A stretch of 22,179 nt of DNA from NCBI GenBank assembly GCA_041640455.1, contig JBEQAF010000032.1, forward strand, positions 1 to 22,179, in the 5' to 3' direction. Below are positions 1 through 7,376 of the stretch, piece after piece (the first letter of the stretch is position 1; each line of letters starts with the position of its first letter). Both the position numbers and the translations under genes were made by a program. Under the pieces are notes generated by a model. That model saw nothing but the letters and a program-made list of their open reading frames with translations, made no database searches and was not told where the DNA came from. This DNA comes from a bacterium. GTDB lineage: Bacteria > CALINM01.

Positions 1-10
1 ATATTTATTT

Positions 11-56
11 CCCCTGATTATTATATTATTATACCATCTCCCCCAAATAATGTCCT
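11..56 (-). promoter_or_regulatory. Putative sigma70 promoter and RBS for an unseen gene starting at the left window edge
   Basis: Minus strand: AGGACA (51-56), 17 nt, TATAAT (28-33) preceded by TGG (extended -10); second TATAAT at 20-25; AGGGG (11-15), 8 nt, then AT at the edge (possible ATG). Confidence 0.5.
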
Positions 57-1023
57 ACGTGTAAATATTTTTCATCTTTTCTATTTCAGCTTTAATTTCT
101 TTTTTTAATTCTACTGGCGATATAACCTCCACATCTGCACCATATTTTAAAATTTCTCCCTTTAGCTCTCTTAAGTCAGAAGCTACAAATTTAAGACAGA
201 TGCTACCATCATCATTTTCAATAATTTCCTGAGCTTCATGCCATATCTGCTCTTTTATCCAATCGGATACATTTTTTGAAAACTTGAGACAGACATTTAT
301 ATTATTATCTCCACTAAATAGTCCAAAGTTCTTATGAATATATTCTGGTATATTAAACTTATTTTCGTGGAGAAGTGTTTTTTTGTCAGAACCAGTAATA
401 CTTTTTATTCTCGATAAAGCAAAATATCGTAAATCTCTCTTGTTCAGACAATATGAGATAATAAACCATCTTCCCATATAACATAATAAATTTAGAGGCA
501 CAATTTCTCTCTCAGATTGTTCTTTACTATGCGGAGAGTAGTAAGTTATTCTGATTATTTTACCATTAAGCAAACTTTCCACTATCTGATGAAATATCTG
601 CATATCAACTTTGTAATATTCAATATTTTTTATGGAAACTTTATTTATAAACTGGTAAAAATCAACATCTGCAGCAAAATAATTATTAAAAATTTTTTCA
701 GATAGTTTACTGAGCGATTTTTTTATCTCCTCGTCGGGAATCAAAGACGAAAGTTTATAAGCAATGCAAAGTGATACAAGCTCTTTTACTCTCACCCATA
801 TGCTTGGGAGCTCATAGCTGTCATTTGTGTAGGTATAACCTTTTTTGCTGCTGTCATAACTTAGAGGGGCATAAAGCCTATCCCTCATGAATTCAATATC
901 TCTCTGAGCCTGTTTTTCTGAAATCTCGAATTTCTCGGCAAGCTTAGCAGCGTTAGGATATAACCCTTTTCTTACATGACTGTGAAACCAGAGATATCTC
1001 TCATAAGCAAGTTTTTTGCTCAT
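55..1023 (-). CDS. HTH-WYL-WCX transcriptional regulator (YafY/PafC-like)
   Basis: N-terminal wHTH (LAEKFEISEKQAQRDIEFMRD), WYL domain (ITYYSPH...REIVP...GRWFIISYC...LRYFALSRI), C-terminal WCX (ILKYGADVEVISPVELK). Confidence 0.93.
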   Translation of the reverse strand: MSKKLAYERYLWFHSHVRKGLYPNAAKLAEKFEISEKQAQRDIEFMRDRLYAPLSYDSSKKGYTYTNDSYELPSIWVRVKELVSLCIAYKLSSLIPDEEIKKSLSKLSEKIFNNYFAADVDFYQFINKVSIKNIEYYKVDMQIFHQIVESLLNGKIIRITYYSPHSKEQSEREIVPLNLLCYMGRWFIISYCLNKRDLRYFALSRIKSITGSDKKTLLHENKFNIPEYIHKNFGLFSGDNNINVCLKFSKNVSDWIKEQIWHEAQEIIENDDGSICLKFVASDLRELKGEILKYGADVEVISPVELKKEIKAEIEKMKNIYT

Positions 1024-1025
1024 AA

Positions 1026-1295
1026 TTATCTGAAATTATAATGCTTTCTTATGGGTTCCAGAACTTCCCATGTGCAGGATAGACCTTGGGGGAAGGTTAC
1101 GTAGTCGCCCGCTTTGATCTCTACCTTTTCGCCATCGGGAGTGGTCACTACAACCCTGCCCTGCAAAACATAACAGACTTCTGTGTCATCGTAGTACCAA
1201 TTAAATCTGGATACCTCTTTTTCCCAGATTGGCCAGCTGGCGATGTTCATAGATTTTTTTTGTTCTTCTGTGAGTTTTTCAACCTTAATCTTCAT
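1026..1295 (-). CDS. Small cupin-domain protein (DUF861/Cupin_3 type)
   Basis: WPIWEKEVSRFNWYYDDTEVCYVLQG...GDYVTFPQGLSCTWEV; AGGGG RBS upstream. Confidence 0.9.
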   Translation of the reverse strand: MKIKVEKLTEEQKKSMNIASWPIWEKEVSRFNWYYDDTEVCYVLQGRVVVTTPDGEKVEIKAGDYVTFPQGLSCTWEVLEPIRKHYNFR

Positions 1296-1374
1296 ACAAA
1301 ACCCCTTTTAATTATTGATGTTAATCTAATTTTAGCTAAAAAAATTTTTTGATCAACTATCTTAAGCTTATTAT

Positions 1375-1402
1375 TTGAAAAAAAAAGATTGATGGCTATA
1401 AT
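1375..1402 (+). promoter_or_regulatory. Putative promoter of aspA (leaderless)
   Basis: TTGAAA (1375-1380), 16 nt, TATAAT (1397-1402), 7 nt, GTG at 1410; no SD. Confidence 0.6.
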
Positions 1403-1409
1403 TTAGACT

Positions 1410-2792
1410 GTGGAAGATGATTTTAGAATAGAGCACGATTTTCTTGGAGAGAAAAAGATACCTAAAGATGCCTACTATGGGATTCACACCAAGAGGGCTC
1501 TTGAAAATTTCCCCATATCAGGCGTTAAAAACCATAAAGATTTTATCAAAGCTATAGTAGAGATAAAGGCTTCTGTAGCCAGGCTCTGCATTGATTACAA
1601 AGTTTATGAGCCTAATATAGGCAATGCCATAATCTCTACATGCAAAGAGATTTTAAACGGTTCACTGATTGATGAGGTTTTAGTTGATCAGTTTCAGGCT
1701 GGCGCTGGGACATCGCTTAATATGAACGTAAATGAGGTGATAGCAAACAGGGCAAATGAGCTTTTAGGCGGAAGAAAGGGTATTTATAAACCTATTCATC
1801 CCAATGACACAGTAAACTTTGCCCAGTCTACCAACGATGTGATACCAGCGGCAATGCGGATTGCTACCATAAGACTTACCAGCAATCTCGTAAAAGAAGG
1901 AAAAGCTCTTTCTAAATCTTTTAATAAAAAAGCACGAGAGTTTAAAAATTTTATTAAAGCTGGACGGACCCATCTTACAGATGCAACGCCCATCAGGCTT
2001 GGAGATGAGTTTTTTGCCTATGGAATAGCTATTGAAAAGGACATTGAGGCTATAAAAAATGCTTTAAAAAATCTCTATTTTCTTGGTCTTTCTGGAACAG
2101 CCACGGGCTCAGGCATTAATGCCCCAGATTTTTATAAAGAAAATATCGTAAAATATTTATCAGAAGAAACTGGGCTACCCTTAAAAAAGGCAAAAAGTTT
2201 ATACGAGGCTATGCAAAATCAGTGTGATTTCTCCCATCTTATGGGTTCAATCAATGCATTATGTCTTAATCTTTTTAGAATTACCAGCGATCTCAGGCTT
2301 CTTGGCTCTGGACCAGCGACAGGGTTTAATGAGATAAGGCTACCAGAAGTTCAGGCTGGCTCTTCTATTATGCCAGGAAAGATTAACCCCTCTATTCTTG
2401 AGATGTTTGGAATGGTTTGTTTTTATGTATCTGGAATGAATCAATTAGTTTCTATGGCAGTAGCAAGCGGACAGCTGGAGCTAAATGTTTTTATGCCAGT
2501 TATTGCCAACTCAACCCTCACAGCAATCGAATATTTAACCAATGCTATAAGAGTCCTTAGAGAAAAATGTATCGAAGGTATTAAAGCAAATAAAAAAATT
2601 CTTGATAGATACGCCCTTACAAGTCTTGGGCTACCAACTATTTTGAGCCCAAAGCTTGGATATGAAAAAACCGCCTTGATAGTTAAGGAAGCCCGTGAGA
2701 AGAATAAAGCTGTGATCGATCTTCTTGAAGAGAAAAAGATTATGACTCGGAAAGAGGTTATTGATTTTATTAAAAATCATTTTAAGGAGTAG
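1410..2792 (+). CDS. aspA: Aspartate ammonia-lyase (fumarase/aspartase superfamily)
   Basis: GSSIMPGKINP signature, GRTHL, QAGAGTSLNMNVNE and RALENFPISG, which are closer to AspA than FumC; class II fumarase not fully excluded. Confidence 0.8.
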   Translation: MEDDFRIEHDFLGEKKIPKDAYYGIHTKRALENFPISGVKNHKDFIKAIVEIKASVARLCIDYKVYEPNIGNAIISTCKEILNGSLIDEVLVDQFQAGAGTSLNMNVNEVIANRANELLGGRKGIYKPIHPNDTVNFAQSTNDVIPAAMRIATIRLTSNLVKEGKALSKSFNKKAREFKNFIKAGRTHLTDATPIRLGDEFFAYGIAIEKDIEAIKNALKNLYFLGLSGTATGSGINAPDFYKENIVKYLSEETGLPLKKAKSLYEAMQNQCDFSHLMGSINALCLNLFRITSDLRLLGSGPATGFNEIRLPEVQAGSSIMPGKINPSILEMFGMVCFYVSGMNQLVSMAVASGQLELNVFMPVIANSTLTAIEYLTNAIRVLREKCIEGIKANKKILDRYALTSLGLPTILSPKLGYEKTALIVKEAREKNKAVIDLLEEKKIMTRKEVIDFIKNHFKE

Positions 2793-2795
2793 GAA

Positions 2796-3698
2796 ATGAA
2801 CTTTTTTGTTACTGGAGGAACGGGGTTTATCGGAAAAAGACTTACAAAAGCCCTTGCAGATGAAGGGCACAATCTTACTATCTTAACTAGGTCTTTGCAG
2901 GGCAAGACCAGCACAGATCAGATTCAATATGTTGAAGGAGATCCCAAGCAACCAGGCAGCTGGCAGAAACTTGTAGAAAAGTCAGACATAATTATAAATC
3001 TTGTAGGAGAGACTATAGGGCAGAGATGGACTGATGAGGTTAAGATAAGATTGAGAGAAAGCAGAATCCTGCCAACAAAAAACATTGTAGATGCCATTCC
3101 ACCTGGCAAAAATATTACCCTTATGAGCACCTCGGCTGTTGGATATTATGGCTTTTATGAAGATGAAGAGATCTATGAGGATGCACCACCAGGCAATGAT
3201 TTTTTAGCCCAGCTTGCCTACGAATGGGAGTCTGAAGCGCTAAAGGCAAAGGATAAAGGGGCACGGGTTATAATAACCCGTTTTGGGGTGGTTATAGGAG
3301 AAAACGGCGGTCTACTGGATAAGCTTATACCTATTTTTAAAAGTTATCTGGGTGGACCTATCGGTTCAGGAAATCAGTGGTTTTCCTGGGTGTATATTGA
3401 AGATCTTGTTAGAGCATACCTTTTTATATTAAACAATCCTCAGCTTGATGGGGCTTTTAATATTACCTCTCCAGAGCCTGTCAGGAATAAGGAGTTTACA
3501 AAAGCACTGGCAAAGGCTCTAAATGTATTTGCATTTTTTCCTGTCCCTGCCTTCGGAGTGAGAATCACATTTGGAGATTTTGCTGATTATGTGGTAAGGG
3601 GGCAGAAGGTTATTCCAAAAAGGCTTCTGGATCTTGGATTTAAGTTTATGGTGCCTGATATTTATGATGCCTTGCAGAGGGCTGTCAGTCAGAAATAA
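2796..3698 (+). CDS. TIGR01777 family NAD-dependent epimerase/oxidoreductase (YfcH-like)
   Basis: VTGGTGFIG Rossmann motif, SAVGYYG, GGPIGSGNQWFSWV, GQKVIPKRLLDLGFKF. Confidence 0.92.
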   Translation: MNFFVTGGTGFIGKRLTKALADEGHNLTILTRSLQGKTSTDQIQYVEGDPKQPGSWQKLVEKSDIIINLVGETIGQRWTDEVKIRLRESRILPTKNIVDAIPPGKNITLMSTSAVGYYGFYEDEEIYEDAPPGNDFLAQLAYEWESEALKAKDKGARVIITRFGVVIGENGGLLDKLIPIFKSYLGGPIGSGNQWFSWVYIEDLVRAYLFILNNPQLDGAFNITSPEPVRNKEFTKALAKALNVFAFFPVPAFGVRITFGDFADYVVRGQKVIPKRLLDLGFKFMVPDIYDALQRAVSQK

Positions 3699-3987
3699 AA
3701 AATACTGGATCAGTAATAGAGCTATTTTTGCAGATGGGGCATCTGGATGGTTTGCTTAGCCGATCTCTTTTTTTGAATATAAATCCGCAGATTTTGCATC
3801 TGGATGGCTCTGACTGAAGATTTTCCGATCTGGCAACGCTTTCAAGCTCAAAGTACACATCTTTTTCTGATATACCTATCAGTTTTGAAAGCTCCTTTGC
3901 AGTAAATCTGTTTTCTTTAAGCAGTCGGATAATATTCTGTCTTAAAGTCTCTTTTCTTGTGTGCAGGTCTTTTATGTTATCCTTCAA
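3685..3987 (-). CDS. HTH plus Zn-ribbon putative transcriptional regulator (COG3357-like)
   Basis: TAKELSKLIGISEKDVY HTH; CKICGF...KPSRCPIC Zn ribbon; 4-bp overlap with rmuC. Confidence 0.8.
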   Translation of the reverse strand: MKDNIKDLHTRKETLRQNIIRLLKENRFTAKELSKLIGISEKDVYFELESVARSENLQSEPSRCKICGFIFKKRDRLSKPSRCPICKNSSITDPVFFISD

Positions 3988-5273
3988 TCCTCATCCTCTG
4001 TTTCATCAATTATCTGCTTTGCAACCTCATAGGGCAGCTCCTGCACCTGTTTTAATTTGCTCTGGATTTTCTTTGTTCTGGTACCAACGAGATTTTCTAT
4101 ATCCTCACTTGCTTTATCAATCTTTTCTTTTGCCTTTCTTAAAGTCTCACCAAACTTTTCAAACTCAGTTTTTACGGCACCAAGGACATTCCAGACCTCT
4201 GTGGCTCTTTTTTCAATTGCAAGGGTTTTAAAACCCATCTGAAGACTGTTAAGAAAGGCAGATAGCGTGGTTGGACCTGTAACTATTACTTTATGATTCC
4301 GCTGCAGCTCCTCTATAAGATTTGTATTTTTTACAACCTCTGCATAGAGCCCTTCGATCGGTAAAAACATAATGGCAAAGTCTGTGGTATGTGGCGGGTC
4401 AATATATTTTTCTTTAATATCTTTTGCAAATCTTTTAATAGTAGTTTCAAGCTCGTTTGTCAGTTTTTCTCTTTGTTCAGTGTTGCCGGATTCGTAGGCT
4501 TCTATTAGCTTATGATAGGTCTCGGTGGGGAACTTTGAATCTATAGGGAGATAGACAGGGTTTTTATCATCATCTTTTCCAGGAAGCTTTATGGCAAACT
4601 CAACTATATCATTAGAGCCCTTTTTGATTTTAACATTCTTTGCAAACTGATCTCTTGTAAGAATCTGATCTAAAATCCTTTCAAGCTGTATTTCACCTAT
4701 TATCCCCTTTGTCTTTACATTTGCCAGTATTTTTTTAAGATCTCCCACCCCTGTAGCTAGTGTCTGCATCTCTCCAAGCCCTTTATGCACCTGTTCGAGC
4801 CTTTCAGACACAAGCTTGAAAGATTCGGTCAGTCTTTTTTCAAGGGCATCCTGAAGTTTTTCATCTACAGTCCTTCTCATCTCGTCAAGCTTTTTTGAAT
4901 TCTCATTTCTCAGCTCATTTAGCTGATTGTCAAGAGTTTCCCTTATTTTTAGCAATGTATTTGTAAGCTCTTCCCTGTTGGCTTTAAACTGAGCAGTAAG
5001 CTCATGAGTAAGCTCTGATAGTCTTGAAGCAAAGGTATCAAGCTGATTTTTCTGAAGACCGGCAATCCCAGTCATTGTATTGGTAAGATTGTTAGAAAAG
5101 CCCGTAAATACATTTAACTGTTCCGACCTGCTTCTGGAGAAATCATCTCTCAGTGCGTTTAATATTTCTTCCCTGTTTCTGGCAAGATTGTCCCTCTGGG
5201 ATTTAAGATTGAAAAGAAAAAAGACGTTGACTATCAGAATTAGTAAGACTAACCCTAAAATAATTTCTATCAT
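3984..5273 (-). CDS. rmuC: DNA recombination protein RmuC
   Basis: N-terminal TM helix, coiled coil, KGIIGEIQL, LPIDSKFP, TDFAIMFLPIEGLY, GPTTL. Confidence 0.95.
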   Translation of the reverse strand: MIEIILGLVLLILIVNVFFLFNLKSQRDNLARNREEILNALRDDFSRSRSEQLNVFTGFSNNLTNTMTGIAGLQKNQLDTFASRLSELTHELTAQFKANREELTNTLLKIRETLDNQLNELRNENSKKLDEMRRTVDEKLQDALEKRLTESFKLVSERLEQVHKGLGEMQTLATGVGDLKKILANVKTKGIIGEIQLERILDQILTRDQFAKNVKIKKGSNDIVEFAIKLPGKDDDKNPVYLPIDSKFPTETYHKLIEAYESGNTEQREKLTNELETTIKRFAKDIKEKYIDPPHTTDFAIMFLPIEGLYAEVVKNTNLIEELQRNHKVIVTGPTTLSAFLNSLQMGFKTLAIEKRATEVWNVLGAVKTEFEKFGETLRKAKEKIDKASEDIENLVGTRTKKIQSKLKQVQELPYEVAKQIIDETEDED

Positions 5274-5287
5274 GAATACATCCTGAT

Positions 5288-5776
5288 TTAATCTCTGTAG
5301 TTTACAAACTGAAGAGGGACTTTAAAGTCAATAGATTTCAGATGGGCGATTACAGACTGGAGATCGTCTATTTTTTTGCCAGAAACCCTTAGCTCATCTC
5401 CCATAATCTGAGTCTGAACCTTTAGCTTTGTATCCTTAATGATTTTTATAAGCTCCTTCATTTCATCCTGAGTGAGCCCCTGCTTAATTTTGACCTTCTG
5501 CCTTACCGTGTCACCCGAAGCTTTTTCCACCTTCCCAAATTCGAGAGATTTCAGCGAAACATTTCTTTTCACAAATTTTGCCTTTAGAATTTCTATAACC
5601 GCATTGAGCTTAAAATCATCATCTGCCAAAATCTCAACCTCATCTTTACCGGAAAGAGATACCGATGATCTGGAGCCCCTGAAATCAAATCGGGTCTCTA
5701 TCTCCTTTTTTGCCTGATTAACCGCGTTATCTACTTCTTGAAGATTTACCTTAGATACTATATCAAAACTTGGCAT
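5288..5776 (-). CDS. yajQ: YajQ family nucleotide/c-di-GMP-binding protein; start corrected to MPSFDIVS
   Basis: MPSFDIVSKV...NAVNQA...RFDFRGS...ELRVSGKKIDDLQ...LQFVNYRD; alternative ATG at 5782. Confidence 0.95.
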   Translation of the reverse strand: MPSFDIVSKVNLQEVDNAVNQAKKEIETRFDFRGSRSSVSLSGKDEVEILADDDFKLNAVIEILKAKFVKRNVSLKSLEFGKVEKASGDTVRQKVKIKQGLTQDEMKELIKIIKDTKLKVQTQIMGDELRVSGKKIDDLQSVIAHLKSIDFKVPLQFVNYRD

Positions 5777-5783
5777 AGGCATT

Positions 5784-5827
5784 TTTATACCAAAAAATCT
5801 TATAAAATTAAAGAAAAATTTTGTCAA
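5784..5827 (-). promoter_or_regulatory. Putative promoter(s) of the yajQ-rmuC operon
   Basis: TTGACA (5822-5827), 17 nt, TATAAG (5799-5804); also TGGTATAAA (5784-5792) 7 nt before ATG 5776. Confidence 0.5.
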
Positions 5828-5925
5828 AGTGGTATATACATAATTAACAGTTAGGTTATGATGATTGGTTAGCCGTAAATTTAATCTTCAGAAAAAATAT
5901 AAACTTTTTATTATTGCAAAAAGTT

Positions 5926-5934
5926 TGATAGAAT
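5926..5934 (+). promoter_or_regulatory. Extended -10 promoter of the small Cys ORF (leaderless)
   Basis: TGATAGAAT, 7 nt, ATG at 5942; no SD. Confidence 0.5.
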
Positions 5935-5941
5935 ATTTGGT

Positions 5942-6082
5942 ATGAATAACCAGCCATCAAAAGATAAAATCTGCCTCATCTGTGGAAAAAAGTCTGCCAG
6001 TGATATCTGCGATGCCTGCAAGGATAAGGTGAGAGCTGAAGCTGTTCATAAAAAGAAAGAACAAGAAAAAGAAGAAAAATAG
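5942..6082 (+). CDS. 46-aa small protein with CxxC-x8-CxxC metal-binding motif (not in ORF track)
   Basis: Hand translation MNNQPSKDKICLICGKKSASDICDACKDKVRAEAVHKKKEQEKEEK*; fills the intergenic gap; its TAG overlaps the AGGAGG RBS of the next gene. Confidence 0.8.
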   Translation: MNNQPSKDKICLICGKKSASDICDACKDKVRAEAVHKKKEQEKEEK

Positions 6083-6091
6083 GAGGAGCTG

Positions 6092-6613
6092 ATGGAGCAT
6101 ATTGATTTTTTAAAAAATTCTTTCAGAGAAGCAATTGTCTTTGAGCAGAACGGCAGAGAGTTTTTTCTTAAAGCCGCCGAAGAGACTAAAAATTCTTTAG
6201 CAAAGGAGATTTTCAAAAATCTTGCAGATGAAGAGCTCAAACATATTAAAAGGATAAAAGAGGTATTTGATAGCCTGGTAAACAGCAACAAAATTCCTGA
6301 TTCATTCCCTAAATCAGAAAATATTCCATGGAAGAATGTTTTCAGAGAAGCTTTAAACAGGTTCAAAGATATCGTCAAAAGCGATATGCAGGAGAAAGAA
6401 GCCATCAGGCTCTCGCTTGATTTTGAGTCTAAGGGGTTCAAAATGTATGACGAGCTGGCAAAAAAATCAACCAACGAACTGGAAAGAAAATTTTTTGAGA
6501 TACTTCGGGATGAAGAGGAGGGACATTATTTAATTATAGAAAACCTTCAGAAATATCTGGAAAATCCTGTTGACTGGTACGGAGAGCTGGAACATCATAT
6601 ATTTGAAGGATAG
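6092..6613 (+). CDS. Ferritin-like / rubrerythrin-family diiron protein lacking a rubredoxin domain
   Basis: Duplicated E...ExxH motifs (EQNG...DEELKH; ESKG...DEEEGH); AGGAGG RBS. Confidence 0.88.
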   Translation: MEHIDFLKNSFREAIVFEQNGREFFLKAAEETKNSLAKEIFKNLADEELKHIKRIKEVFDSLVNSNKIPDSFPKSENIPWKNVFREALNRFKDIVKSDMQEKEAIRLSLDFESKGFKMYDELAKKSTNELERKFFEILRDEEEGHYLIIENLQKYLENPVDWYGELEHHIFEG

Positions 6614-7376
6614 AAATATTCACAAAGCACTTTTAGCAGTTTCTTTAATATTTTTACTATCGATACAGTCAATATCGGCTTATTCAGCTGGAAATAAGGC
6701 AGGTTTTAAGGTCTCAAAGGATACAAAACCTGCCCTTTTTTATGTTGAAAAGGTAGTTGACGGTGATACCATAATCCTATCAGATGGTAGAATTATAAGA
6801 TATCTTGGCATTGATACAACTGAACTAAGGAAAAAAGAGAGAGGTGTATGGGTTAATGTTTCTGAACCCTATTCACAAGAAGCTTTTTTGCTTAACGCTA
6901 AACTTCTAAAAAACAGGCAAGTAAGACTTGAATATGACCTCGATAAAAATGATCAATATCAACGAGACCTTTGCTATGTCTTTGCAGATAATATTTTTGT
7001 CAACGAGGTACTGCTCAAGGAGGGGTTAGCCTTTCCCTACCTAAAAAGCAAAAACCTCCGTTATTATGAACGGCTAAAAAATGCCTTTCTGGAAGCTGTT
7101 TCAAACAAGAAAAACCTATACAGAATTAATCTTAAATATGAAAAAAATCCCGATAGATTTTTAGGACAGTACATTTTTTTTGAAGGCAGGGTAAAAAATA
7201 TAATTGCTGGCAACAATCAGACCGAGATTTTTTTTGATAGGTTTATTGTGCAAATACCAAAAACAGAAAAAAATATTAAAATTGACGACTATCTGTATGT
7301 ATTTGGAAGGCTAAAAAAGAAAAAGGATAGATTTGTTATTTATACAGAAAAAAATAAGCTTTTTAGACTACCCTAA
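6603..7376 (+). CDS. Thermonuclease (SNase-like) family protein with signal peptide/TM and C-terminal OB-like extension; start uncertain (6570 or 6603)
   Basis: VEKVVDGDT, IRYLGIDTTE, DQYQRDLCYV, VNEVLLKEGLA; hydrophobic N-terminus. Confidence 0.85.
   Translation: MKDRNIHKALLAVSLIFLLSIQSISAYSAGNKAGFKVSKDTKPALFYVEKVVDGDTIILSDGRIIRYLGIDTTELRKKERGVWVNVSEPYSQEAFLLNAKLLKNRQVRLEYDLDKNDQYQRDLCYVFADNIFVNEVLLKEGLAFPYLKSKNLRYYERLKNAFLEAVSNKKNLYRINLKYEKNPDRFLGQYIFFEGRVKNIIAGNNQTEIFFDRFIVQIPKTEKNIKIDDYLYVFGRLKKKKDRFVIYTEKNKLFRLP

Noticed and set aside
1329..1370. Cluster of short palindromes (TTTAGCTAAA, TTGATCAA, TAAGCTTA)
   Set aside because: Short and AT-rich, expected by chance; no stable hairpin or repeat array
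5783..5827. N-terminal extension of yajQ
   Set aside because: YajQ begins MPSFD; the extension is promoter DNA and its TTG start is the TTGACA box
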